Position numbers and translations under genes: made by a program. From NCBI RefSeq assembly GCF_044361015.1, contig NZ_JBIKJL010000003.1, positions 44,037 through 108,036 of the forward strand: a stretch of 64,000 bases of DNA. The letters are read 5' to 3'. Position 1 is the stretch's first letter; each line of letters opens with the position of its first letter. This stretch comes from Flavobacterium sp. (lineage in GTDB: Bacteria > Bacteroidota > Bacteroidia > Flavobacteriales > Flavobacteriaceae). Shown here piece after piece: positions 1-8,616 of the stretch. The notes beneath the pieces are model-generated. The model ran no database searches. It was not told where the DNA came from and saw only the letters and a list, made by a program, of their open reading frames with translations.

Positions 1-2
1 CC

Positions 3-668
3 GGTGGTTTTTATAAAATGAATCGAAAAACACCCTTCGTCAAAGAATTTAAAGACGTTGCCTTTAGTTTAAATGAAGGAGAAATATCGATGCCTTTTCA
101 AACTGATTTTGGGTACCATATTATTTTAGTAGAAAAAATAAAAGGACAAGAAGTTGAATTGCGTCATATCCTTTTAACACCAAAAATAACGGATGACGAC
201 TTACGAGAGGCGAAAGAAAAAGTAACCTTAATCAGAAGTCGGATTGTTTCAGGCGAATTAACTTTTGCTGAGGCAGCCCGTAATTTATCCGATGAAAAAG
301 AAACCAAAGCGAATGGGGGTATTTTGCTGAATCCGAAAACATTGGATACCCGTTTTGAGTTAACTAAAATGGATCCAAGCTTATATAGTCAAGTTTCCAG
401 TTTAAAGCCAAATGAAGTTTCGCAACCTGTTTTAGATGAAGATCAAAAAGGGATGAAGAAATATAAATTATTGATGGTAACTAATCGAATTGATTCCCAC
501 GTGGCCGATTATGCTACGGATTATGTTAAGATTAAAGAGTTAGCTTTAAAGGAAAAACAATTTGAAGCTATCGGAAAATGGTCTAACGAAAAAATATTAG
601 AAACCTACATCCGAATTAATGCGGAATACCGCGATTGCGATTTTACTAATAATTGGCTAAAAAAATAA
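3..668 (+). CDS. SurA-like peptidylprolyl isomerase (parvulin domains), 5'-truncated by the window edge
   Basis: The frame is open from base 3 (GGFYKMNRK...). Parvulin motifs are present: FKDVAFSL.EGEIS.PFQTDFGYHII and FAEAARNLSDE. Confidence 0.85.
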   Translation, partial: GGFYKMNRKTPFVKEFKDVAFSLNEGEISMPFQTDFGYHIILVEKIKGQEVELRHILLTPKITDDDLREAKEKVTLIRSRIVSGELTFAEAARNLSDEKETKANGGILLNPKTLDTRFELTKMDPSLYSQVSSLKPNEVSQPVLDEDQKGMKKYKLLMVTNRIDSHVADYATDYVKIKELALKEKQFEAIGKWSNEKILETYIRINAEYRDCDFTNNWLKK

Positions 669-710
669 AGCTTTTTAGCCTATTACCATAACCCATTATC
701 CATAACCATT

Positions 711-1664
711 ATGTCAGATGTAACCGCTATACAAACCCTAGTCCAAAAAAGATTAGCGTTAAAAAAAGAAATTTCAAAAATTATTGTTGGACAAGATTTA
801 GTAGTTGATCAAGTACTCTTGAGTATTTTTTCCGGCGGACACGCTCTTTTGGTTGGTGTGCCCGGTTTGGCGAAAACATTAATGGTTAATACTATTGCAC
901 AAGCATTAGGGTTGGATTTTAAACGTATTCAATTTACCCCCGATTTGATGCCTTCTGATATTTTAGGGAGTGAAATTTTAGACGAAAACAGAACGTTTAG
1001 GTTTATCAAAGGACCCATTTTTTCCAATATTATTTTAGCGGATGAGATAAACCGTACGCCACCAAAAACGCAAGCTGCATTGTTAGAAGCGATGCAAGAG
1101 CGTGCCGTAACCATTGCCGGTCAAAATTACAAATTGAGTTTGCCTTATTTTGTTTTGGCAACTCAAAACCCGATTGAGCAGGAAGGCACCTATCCTTTAC
1201 CGGAAGCACAATTAGACCGTTTTATGTTTTCCATAAAATTAGACTATCCTTCTTTTGCTGAGGAAGTTCAAGTTGTAAAAAGCACCACTTCTGATGATAA
1301 GCCGGTTATAAACTCTTTATTCACGGCTCAGGAAATTATCGATTTCCAACATTTGATTCGTCGTATTCCGGTAGCTGATAATGTTATCGAATATGCTGTT
1401 ATGTTGGTTACTAAAACCCGTCCGGACAGTAATTTAGCAACAGATTTTATTAAAAACTACATCGATTGGGGGGCAGGTCCCAGAGCTTCTCAAAACTTGA
1501 TATTAGCTGCTAAAGCCAATGCTGCTTTTAACGGTAAATTTTCACCCGATATTGAAGATGTGAAAGCGGTTGCTGAAGGGATTTTACGTCATCGTGTTGT
1601 AAAAAACTACAAAGCAGACGCAGAAGGACTGAGTGTGGAAGCGATTATTGCGAAGCTGGTTTAG
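711..1664 (+). CDS. MoxR-family AAA+ ATPase
   Basis: Walker A GVPGLAKT, RIQFTPDLMPSD, Walker B ILADEINR, ATQNPIEQEGTYPLPEAQLDRF. Confidence 0.95.
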   Translation: MSDVTAIQTLVQKRLALKKEISKIIVGQDLVVDQVLLSIFSGGHALLVGVPGLAKTLMVNTIAQALGLDFKRIQFTPDLMPSDILGSEILDENRTFRFIKGPIFSNIILADEINRTPPKTQAALLEAMQERAVTIAGQNYKLSLPYFVLATQNPIEQEGTYPLPEAQLDRFMFSIKLDYPSFAEEVQVVKSTTSDDKPVINSLFTAQEIIDFQHLIRRIPVADNVIEYAVMLVTKTRPDSNLATDFIKNYIDWGAGPRASQNLILAAKANAAFNGKFSPDIEDVKAVAEGILRHRVVKNYKADAEGLSVEAIIAKLV

Positions 1665-1673
1665 AGGGCTGAG

Positions 1674-2816
1674 TTACTGAATTACTGAGTTTTTGAGAAT
1701 TTCGTCCATTTCTGAATCATAAAAAAAGAGGAACATACTCCCCATCATATCTTGGTTTTCTGAAGAGGTGTTATTAACGTCTAGTATTATTTCATATTCC
1801 TGATTTGCATATAGCCATTTTCCTTCTGTAGAGGAAAAATTTTCAATGTTGGTCAATCCAATACTGTTTTTATGGTTCGTAATTTTGCTCACAAAAACCA
1901 GTTTTTTACTAGTTTTGTTGTAGAGCATGATTCTTGTGGCAAAAGGATGCACGTGTATTGCCGCGGCATGTAAACGCAGACTGTCTTTGATTTCTAATTG
2001 GTGGTTGATATCACTTCGGTAAGTGTTTTTTCCTTTTGGGATTACCCAATGACCGGACACTTTATTTCCTTTTCCATCTTCATAACTATGGTTTTTGGTT
2101 TCCACCGGAATGCAAAAATCAGTTCCCGGGTCTGTTGGACTTTTATATGGGTCATATTGATCATACGGAAGCATGATAAAAGCTGTTTTGCTCATTAAAG
2201 GGAATAGCGAAGGCTTGTCTTGATAATTTATAGTTACTTTATGTTTTACTTTTTTATAGACCTCTTTCAGGTTGTGGTTTAAGGTTTGTGTGGTCACAAA
2301 CAGCAAATCATTTCCTTTCATAGGGATACCAAAACCCTTCGGGAATTCGAATGATTCCATTCCATGTGAAAGGGAAGTCAGTCTAGGGTATTGTTTGCCA
2401 ATGCGGTTTTCTAATCCAAAATGGGAGTAATATTTTGCATCATTAATATCCACATTCATGTGGCAAATAAAATCATTTGTTATCCTTTTTTCTGTATCTA
2501 CATCTTGAGCAACCACTTTAAAACCGGTAATCCACAACAAAGTAGAATCTTGTGACAGCATTACTGTATTGGTTGCTTTTGGCCCCTCCATTGATTTGTA
2601 AATGTTGTCTACAATAAATGTGGGCGACAGCATTTTGTATTCTTTATTAGCTTTTTCGATTTTCCAATCACTGTCAACTAATCCCGTTTTGTGTAAAAAA
2701 GTAGTTTTCACAATCGCTTTGTGCCGATTAGATAATTGAGTATACCAAATGACGCCACCTGCCAAGGAGAGCACTATTAAAAGTAATGTGATTTTTAGTA
2801 TCTTTGGTTTAGCCAA
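1674..2816 (-). CDS. Membrane-anchored protein resembling copper type II ascorbate-dependent monooxygenases (PHM/DBH-like)
   Basis: Minus strand: TTG start is the complement of 2814-2816 and TAA is at 1674-1676. N-terminal TM helix. Motifs WITGF..CHM, FPKGFG, WVIPKG, AIHVHP and DMMGSMFLFFY parallel PHM YVIDF..HHM, LPKGVG, VIPPG, VHTHH and EMCNLYIMYY. Confidence 0.65.
   Translation of the reverse strand: MAKPKILKITLLLIVLSLAGGVIWYTQLSNRHKAIVKTTFLHKTGLVDSDWKIEKANKEYKMLSPTFIVDNIYKSMEGPKATNTVMLSQDSTLLWITGFKVVAQDVDTEKRITNDFICHMNVDINDAKYYSHFGLENRIGKQYPRLTSLSHGMESFEFPKGFGIPMKGNDLLFVTTQTLNHNLKEVYKKVKHKVTINYQDKPSLFPLMSKTAFIMLPYDQYDPYKSPTDPGTDFCIPVETKNHSYEDGKGNKVSGHWVIPKGKNTYRSDINHQLEIKDSLRLHAAAIHVHPFATRIMLYNKTSKKLVFVSKITNHKNSIGLTNIENFSSTEGKWLYANQEYEIILDVNNTSSENQDMMGSMFLFFYDSEMDEILKNSVIQ
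2799..2806 (+). promoter_or_regulatory. Bacteroidota -7 promoter box (TATCTTTG) for the acyltransferase, inside the monooxygenase-like CDS
   Basis: Exact TAnnTTTG match 44 bp upstream of ATG 2850. Confidence 0.5.
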
Positions 2817-2832
2817 TTGCCAAATTTTAATT

Positions 2833-2840
2833 CAAAAATA
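2833..2840 (-). promoter_or_regulatory. Bacteroidota -7 promoter box (TATTTTTG on the minus strand) for the monooxygenase-like gene
   Basis: CAAAAATA on the plus strand is a TAnnTTTG match on the minus strand, 17 bp before the TTG start. Confidence 0.5.
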
Positions 2841-2849
2841 CATAATTTA

Positions 2850-3971
2850 ATGTCTCTTTTGCACCTTCATTCTGAAAAACGAATATTCGGATTAGATTTG
2901 ATGCGAGCGGTTGCTATTTTAATGGTGTTGAGTTCTCATTTATTGTGGATTTATCCGCCAGATAATGGCATTATTTCGCAAGTTTTTCAGTTGTTTGGTT
3001 ATTTAGGCGTTGAAATTTTTTTTGTACTCAGCGGATTTTTGATTGGCCGAATTGTTTACCGACTTTATTTACAGGATGATTTTACTATTTCAAGCGTTTT
3101 ATATTTTTTAAAACGGCGTTGGTTTCGAACGTTGCCCAATTATTATCTAGTTTTATTAATTAATGTTCTAATCAGTTTTATTGTTGGTTATTCGATTCAG
3201 GAGGGTTGGAAATATTTTTTCTTTTTGCAAAATTTTGCTTCACCCATGCTTCCTTTTTTTACGGAATCCTGGAGTCTTTCCTTAGAAGAGTTTGCCTATT
3301 TGCTTTTTCCAATTGCCTTGTTTTTAAAAACGCTACTAGTCAAACCGATTAACAAATCTCGTTTTTTTTTATATGTAGTTATAGGGTTTATTTTCTTTTT
3401 TTTCTTCACTAAAGTCTGGTATGCTTTCATCACACCACTTTCAGATATCAATCAATGGAACCTTGGTTTAAAAGCGGTGGTTATTTATCGGTTGGATGCC
3501 ATTTTTTTAGGGGTTCTATTTAGTTGGATTAGTTTAAATTTTACTGCTCTTTGGATAAAAGGCAAGTATGTTATGGCAGTTCTGGGTTTGTTTTTATTTG
3601 GATTTTTATTTGCCGGAGTTGGCTATTTTCAACTTACGTTTGCTTCATTCCCTCTTTTTTGGGCTATTTTTTATTTGCCTTTAACCTCTTTAACGTTTGC
3701 TTTGTTCCTTCCTTTTTTAGCGGAATGGAAAACGATTCAATTAGCTTTTATCCGAAAACCAATTGTTTTTATCAGCGTCATTTCCTATTCTGTTTATTTA
3801 TTGCATTATGGAGTCGTTTTGCAACTTATGAAACATTACTTTAATACGGAGGGTTTATCTCTCCATCAATTGCATTTTTTTACTTTTATTTATTTAATTA
3901 TAACTTTTTTCTTAAGTACGCTATTGTATAAATTCTACGAAAAGCCGATGACTGATTTAAGGGACAAGTAA
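2850..3971 (+). CDS. Acyltransferase-3 family (OafA-like) integral membrane O-acyltransferase
   Basis: GLDLMRAVAIL..H, GVEIFFVLSGFLI, RRWFRTLP.Y, WSLSLEEFAY, SYSVYLLH, FYEKP and about 10 hydrophobic segments. ATG 2850 is preferred over TTG 2817. Confidence 0.92.
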   Translation: MSLLHLHSEKRIFGLDLMRAVAILMVLSSHLLWIYPPDNGIISQVFQLFGYLGVEIFFVLSGFLIGRIVYRLYLQDDFTISSVLYFLKRRWFRTLPNYYLVLLINVLISFIVGYSIQEGWKYFFFLQNFASPMLPFFTESWSLSLEEFAYLLFPIALFLKTLLVKPINKSRFFLYVVIGFIFFFFFTKVWYAFITPLSDINQWNLGLKAVVIYRLDAIFLGVLFSWISLNFTALWIKGKYVMAVLGLFLFGFLFAGVGYFQLTFASFPLFWAIFYLPLTSLTFALFLPFLAEWKTIQLAFIRKPIVFISVISYSVYLLHYGVVLQLMKHYFNTEGLSLHQLHFFTFIYLIITFFLSTLLYKFYEKPMTDLRDK

Positions 3972-4155
3972 TTTGTACTCTAAAATTGTCAATTTTACAT
4001 TTTTATGCCCTTATTTTAGCTTTTATTGAAAATAAGGCTAAAAAAGTAACTTTTCTGTAAAAAATCAATTCCAAAAGATATATTTTGCTATTAATTTTCC
4101 AATGTTCTATCGTTTTCGTAAATTCGCATCACAAACAAAATAAATCTTTTTTACC

Positions 4156-6420
4156 ATGGCTTTTGATATTAAAATGATTGAAAAAGTGTATGCAACCGTT
4201 ACTGCTCGTGTAGATAAAGCTCGTGAGTTAGTTGGTCGTCCACTTACGTTATCTGAAAAGATATTATATTCTCACCTTTGGGACGGAAATCCCACCACCG
4301 CTTTTACCCGTGGAAAAGATTATGTAGATTTCGCTCCGGATAGAGTTGCTTGTCAAGATGCAACGGCTCAAATGGCGTTATTGCAATTTATGCATGCAGG
4401 AAAAAAGACTGTAGCTGTACCCACCACGGTACATTGTGACCACTTAATTCTTGCTAAAAATGGTGCTAAATCAGATTTAGCTTTAGCTAATTCACAATCA
4501 AAAGAAGTTTTTGATTTTCTTTCTTCCGTTTCGAATAAATACGGAATCGGTTTTTGGAAACCGGGCTCCGGTATTATTCATCAGATTGTTTTAGAAAATT
4601 ATGCTTTTCCGGGAGGAATGATGATAGGAACGGATTCACATACGGTTAATGCAGGAGGATTAGGAATGTTAGCCATTGGTGTTGGTGGTGCTGATGCCGT
4701 TGATGTAATGTCTGGTATGTCTTGGGAATTAAAATTTCCCAAATTAATAGGCGTAAAATTAACCGGTAAATTATCAGGTTGGACCGCACCTAAAGATGTT
4801 ATTTTAAAAGTGGCCGATATTTTAACCGTAAAAGGAGGGACAGGAGCCATTGTTGAATATTTTGGTGAAGGAGCCACTTCCATGTCTTGTACAGGAAAAG
4901 GAACCATTTGTAATATGGGTGCTGAAATTGGTGCTACTACTTCTACTTTTGGTTATGATGATTCCATGAGAAGATATTTAGCAGCTACGGGTCGTCAAGA
5001 TGTTGTAAATGCAGCAGATAAAGTAGCTTCTTATTTAACGGCAGATGATGAAGTATATGCTAATCCGGAACGTTATTTTGACCAATTAATAGAAATCAAC
5101 CTTTCAGAATTGGAGCCTTATATTAATGGACCATTTACTCCTGACAGAGGAACTCCTGTTTCTAAAATGAAAGAGGAAGCTGCTGCTAATGGATGGCCTT
5201 TAAAAGTAGAATGGGGATTAATCGGTTCTTGTACCAATTCCTCTTATGAAGATATGGCGAGAGCTGCTTCTATCGTTCAACAAGCCGTGGATAATGGCAT
5301 TACGCCTAAAGCTGAATTCGGTATAAATCCGGGTTCTGAGCAAATTCGTTATACGATTGAACGTGACGGAATCATCGCAACGTTCGAAAAAATGGGAACA
5401 AAAGTATTTACCAATGCCTGTGGACCTTGTATTGGTCAATGGGACAGAGAAGGAGCAGATAAAGGAGAAAAAAACACGATTGTGCATTCGTTTAATAGAA
5501 ACTTTTCTAAGCGTGCCGATGGAAACCCAAATACACATGCTTTTGTCACTTCACCAGAAATGGTTGCTGCTTTAGCTATTTCAGGCAGATTAGATTTTAA
5601 TCCGCTTACGGATGCTTTAATCAACGATAAAGGAGAAGAAGTAATGTTGAAAACTCCTTTTGGAGATGAATTGCCTAAAAGAGGATTTGACGTAGAGGAT
5701 GCCGGTTTTCAAGCCCCTGCAGAAGATGGAAGTAGTGTTCAAGTAGCTGTTTCACCAACTTCCGACCGTTTGCAATTGCTTGCTCCTTTTGAGGCATGGG
5801 ATGGAAATAACATCACCGGAGCAAAATTGTTAATCAAAGCTTTTGGAAAATGTACGACAGACCATATTTCTATGGCCGGACCTTGGTTGCGTTTCCGTGG
5901 TCATTTGGATAATATATCTAATAATATGTTGATTGGAGCTGTTAATGCGTTCAATCAGGAAGCTAACAAAGTTAAAAATCAATTAACCGGAATTTATGAT
6001 GCTGTACCAGCTGTTCAACGGGCTTACAAAGCAGCCGGAGTTTCTTCGATTGTTGTAGGTGATCACAATTACGGTGAAGGATCTTCACGTGAACATGCTG
6101 CTATGGAACCCCGTTTCTTAGGTGTGAAAGCGGTATTGGTAAAATCATTTGCCCGTATTCATGAAACAAATTTGAAAAAACAGGGTATGTTAGCTTTAAC
6201 TTTTGCCAACGAAGCGGATTATGATAAAATTCAGGAAAATGATACCATTAACTTTTTAGACTTAACGGAATTTGCTTCGGGCAAACCATTAACACTGGAA
6301 TTTGTTCATGCGGATGGAACGAAGGATATCATTTTAGCCAATCATACCTATAACGAAAGTCAAATAGGTTGGTTTGTAGCAGGTTCTGCATTGAATTTAA
6401 TTGCCGCCGGAAAAGCTTAA
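4156..6420 (+). CDS. acnA: Aconitate hydratase (mitochondrial-type, 754 aa)
   Basis: [17 protein letters not shown], Fe-S cysteines in [11 protein letters not shown] and [26 protein letters not shown]. Confidence 0.97.
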   Translation: MAFDIKMIEKVYATVTARVDKARELVGRPLTLSEKILYSHLWDGNPTTAFTRGKDYVDFAPDRVACQDATAQMALLQFMHAGKKTVAVPTTVHCDHLILAKNGAKSDLALANSQSKEVFDFLSSVSNKYGIGFWKPGSGIIHQIVLENYAFPGGMMIGTDSHTVNAGGLGMLAIGVGGADAVDVMSGMSWELKFPKLIGVKLTGKLSGWTAPKDVILKVADILTVKGGTGAIVEYFGEGATSMSCTGKGTICNMGAEIGATTSTFGYDDSMRRYLAATGRQDVVNAADKVASYLTADDEVYANPERYFDQLIEINLSELEPYINGPFTPDRGTPVSKMKEEAAANGWPLKVEWGLIGSCTNSSYEDMARAASIVQQAVDNGITPKAEFGINPGSEQIRYTIERDGIIATFEKMGTKVFTNACGPCIGQWDREGADKGEKNTIVHSFNRNFSKRADGNPNTHAFVTSPEMVAALAISGRLDFNPLTDALINDKGEEVMLKTPFGDELPKRGFDVEDAGFQAPAEDGSSVQVAVSPTSDRLQLLAPFEAWDGNNITGAKLLIKAFGKCTTDHISMAGPWLRFRGHLDNISNNMLIGAVNAFNQEANKVKNQLTGIYDAVPAVQRAYKAAGVSSIVVGDHNYGEGSSREHAAMEPRFLGVKAVLVKSFARIHETNLKKQGMLALTFANEADYDKIQENDTINFLDLTEFASGKPLTLEFVHADGTKDIILANHTYNESQIGWFVAGSALNLIAAGKA

Positions 6421-6732
6421 TTCAACGTTACTTAACATAGAAAACTCCTGATTTATCGGGAGTTTTTTTATTGATAAGGGTTGGTTGACCTACTTAATTT
6501 ATTTTCAGTAACAAATTACACTATTTAAGATTGTAAAATTGTATATTTTTTAATCATTAAGGTATTAGATTCATTACCTTTTTATTAATGGTTATAGTTA
6601 ATTTTATCCGCAGATTCGCAGTTTGTTTAGTTTAGTACAGAAAATCATGGCTATGCAAAATAATTGAGTTGATACTCACTTTTGATTATGTTTGAAAGGT
6701 GAAATCACCTATTTTTTAAAAAATAAATTTTG
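6403..6732 (+). repeat. Imperfect direct repeat, copy 1 (starts in the last 5 codons of the aconitase gene)
   Basis: Shares blocks with 8096-8431, including the identical 33-mer TTTCAGTAACAAATTACACTATTTAAGATTGTA (6503-6535 / 8204-8236), a 24-mer (6567-6590 / 8269-8292) and CCGCAGATTCGC. Confidence 0.9.
6441..6469 (+). terminator. Intrinsic terminator of the aconitase gene
   Basis: AAAACTCC...GGAGTTTT hairpin followed by a T-run. Confidence 0.8.
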
Positions 6733-6849
6733 TATTACTTAAGCTCAACGGGTTTAAAACAGTAAAAAAAATGGTCATGTTTTCAATTCGTTTTCTTGAT
6801 AAATTAAGCAAAATCAGCAGCTGTTAGCTGAGCTATTGATTTGTTATTT

Positions 6850-6922
6850 TGAGCCGATTAGTTAGGTTAATCGGCTCATTTTTTTTGTATATTTGAGCCG
6901 AATAGTAAAAATAAACGGCTCA
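6850..6922. promoter_or_regulatory. Two TGAGCCG..CGGCTCA inverted repeats overlapping the fic promoter and start codon
   Basis: IR1 is TGAGCCGATTA-N7-TAATCGGCTCA (6850-6878). IR2 is TGAGCCG-N15-CGGCTCA (6894-6922). The -7 box TATATTTG is at 6888-6895. Confidence 0.7.
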
Positions 6923-8037
6923 TGGATTATTTTTGGCAACAGACTGATTTTCCTAATTTTCAATTTAAAGTAGATGATTTTATAAGTCAAATACAAGAAT
7001 TTGCCACAGAATTTGGCGAAGTTAACGGATTGTTTGTAAATGTATCCGAAGAAGATAAAAGCGAACTATTGCTACAAGTTGTTTTGTCGGAAGCTATAAA
7101 AACATCTGAAATTGAGGGCGAATACTTTAGTCGAGCAGATGTCATGTCCTCTTTGCAAAAACAATTAGGTATTTTAGATGCACCTATTGTTTCAAAAGAT
7201 AAAAGAGCACAAGCCATTTCAACATTGATGTTGCAAGTTCGGAAAGATTATCAACAGTCTTTCTCATTAGCTATGTTAAAGGAATGGCATCGCACGTTAA
7301 TGAAGTTTGACAAAACGGTGAAAGAGGGTGAATGGCGAAGCAGCACAGAGCCGATGCAAATTATTTCCGGTAGAACAAGGAAGATTGAAGTGTATTTTGA
7401 TGCACCACCATCTACTGAATTAGTAAACCTTTTAACTCGTTTTGAAAAATGGTATCGCCATTTTCCTTACCATGAGATTGGTCAAATTGGGAGAGCTATG
7501 TTACGTTCCGCTTTAGTTCATTTGTATTTTGAAACATTACATCCCTTTGAAGATGGAAATGGACTAATAGGGAGAGCTTTAGCTGAAAAAGCATTGGCAG
7601 AAACACTTGAAAAGCCAATTTTAGTTAGTCTTTCCAAGAAAATTGAAGAAAACAAACAAGCCTATTACGAGACACTAAAACAAGCACAACGAAAACAAGA
7701 TGTTAGTGATTGGCTACGATATTTTTTTACAATTTTAATTGGAGCACAAAAAGAAGTAAAAGAAACAGTGCTGTATGTTGTTGAAAAAGCCCTATTCTTT
7801 AAACGTTATAACCATCAATTGAATGAACGTCAAACAAAAGTCTTGCAAAAAATGACTGAAAAAGGGAAGTCAGGTTTTGAAGGAGGAATGACAGCCAAGA
7901 AATACATTTCAATCACCAAAACTTCAAAAGCAACAGCAACCCGAGATTTACAATTTTTATTTGAAATTGGAGCTTTGATAAGAGCAGGTGATGGTAGAAA
8001 TGTAAAGTATCATTTGAATTGGACCTTGTTTTCTTGA
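6922..8037 (+). CDS. Fic family protein with N-terminal DUF4172-like region and C-terminal HTH
   Basis: N-terminal YFWQQTDFPNF, inhibitory-type motif TSEIEG, Fic motif variant HPFEDGNGLIGR, C-terminal LNERQ...TSKATATRDL HTH. Confidence 0.92.
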   Translation: MDYFWQQTDFPNFQFKVDDFISQIQEFATEFGEVNGLFVNVSEEDKSELLLQVVLSEAIKTSEIEGEYFSRADVMSSLQKQLGILDAPIVSKDKRAQAISTLMLQVRKDYQQSFSLAMLKEWHRTLMKFDKTVKEGEWRSSTEPMQIISGRTRKIEVYFDAPPSTELVNLLTRFEKWYRHFPYHEIGQIGRAMLRSALVHLYFETLHPFEDGNGLIGRALAEKALAETLEKPILVSLSKKIEENKQAYYETLKQAQRKQDVSDWLRYFFTILIGAQKEVKETVLYVVEKALFFKRYNHQLNERQTKVLQKMTEKGKSGFEGGMTAKKYISITKTSKATATRDLQFLFEIGALIRAGDGRNVKYHLNWTLFS

Positions 8038-8095
8038 TTAATATAAATTTGCTAAATCTATTTCGGTTTGCAGAGCCAGTTTATAGCCAGTTCAT

Positions 8096-8431
8096 GCAGC
8101 CGAAAAAGCTTAATTCAACGTTTCTTAACATAGAAAACTCCCTATTATTCGGGAGTTTTTTGTTTTATCAAATTAGCTATGATCTTTATCCTCTTTTTTA
8201 AAATTTCAGTAACAAATTACACTATTTAAGATTGTACACTAGTTTATTTTTTAACCATTAAGGTATTAAGATTCATTACCTTTTTATTAATGATGATAGG
8301 TAATTTTAGCCGCAGATTCGCTGATTGTTTAGTATAGAAAATAATGGCTTTGCAAATCCAATAATTGGGTTAACGCAGACTTTTTGCTATGTTTTAATGG
8401 AGAATTAACGCTATTTTTCAAATTAATTTTG
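8096..8431 (+). repeat. Imperfect direct repeat, copy 2 (includes a variant of the aconitase 3' end and its terminator)
   Basis: GCAGCCGAAAAAGCTTAATTCAACG versus the aconitase end GCCGCCGGAAAAGCTTAATTCAACG. The terminator variant is at 8134-8161. Confidence 0.9.
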
Positions 8432-8448
8432 CCCTTTTAAACTTTTTC

Positions 8449-8616
8449 TTACTCCTTCATCACCTTGATAACAGTAACCTTTTCGCTATCAAAAACCTTA
8501 ACGAGATAGATACCGTTGGCTAAATGAGCGATATCAATTTCGGTAGTGGCTGTTTTTTCGAGTACCAATTGTCCGATGGGACTATATACTTGTATTTTTG
8601 AAAAACCATTATTCAT
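8449..8616 (-). pseudogene. Orphan, truncated T9SS C-terminal sorting domain (55-aa ORF)
   Basis: Manual translation: MNNGFSKIQVYSPIGQLVLEKTATTEIDIAHLANGIYLVKVFDSEKVTVIKVMKE*. It carries the type A CTD hallmarks Y...GQ.V, IDI..L..G.Y.VK and terminal K..K, but lacks the YPNP part and any passenger domain. Confidence 0.7.

Noticed and set aside
8019-8201. 60-aa ORF overlapping the fic stop
   Set aside because: It runs through the repeat copy and terminator hairpin and has no coding signature.
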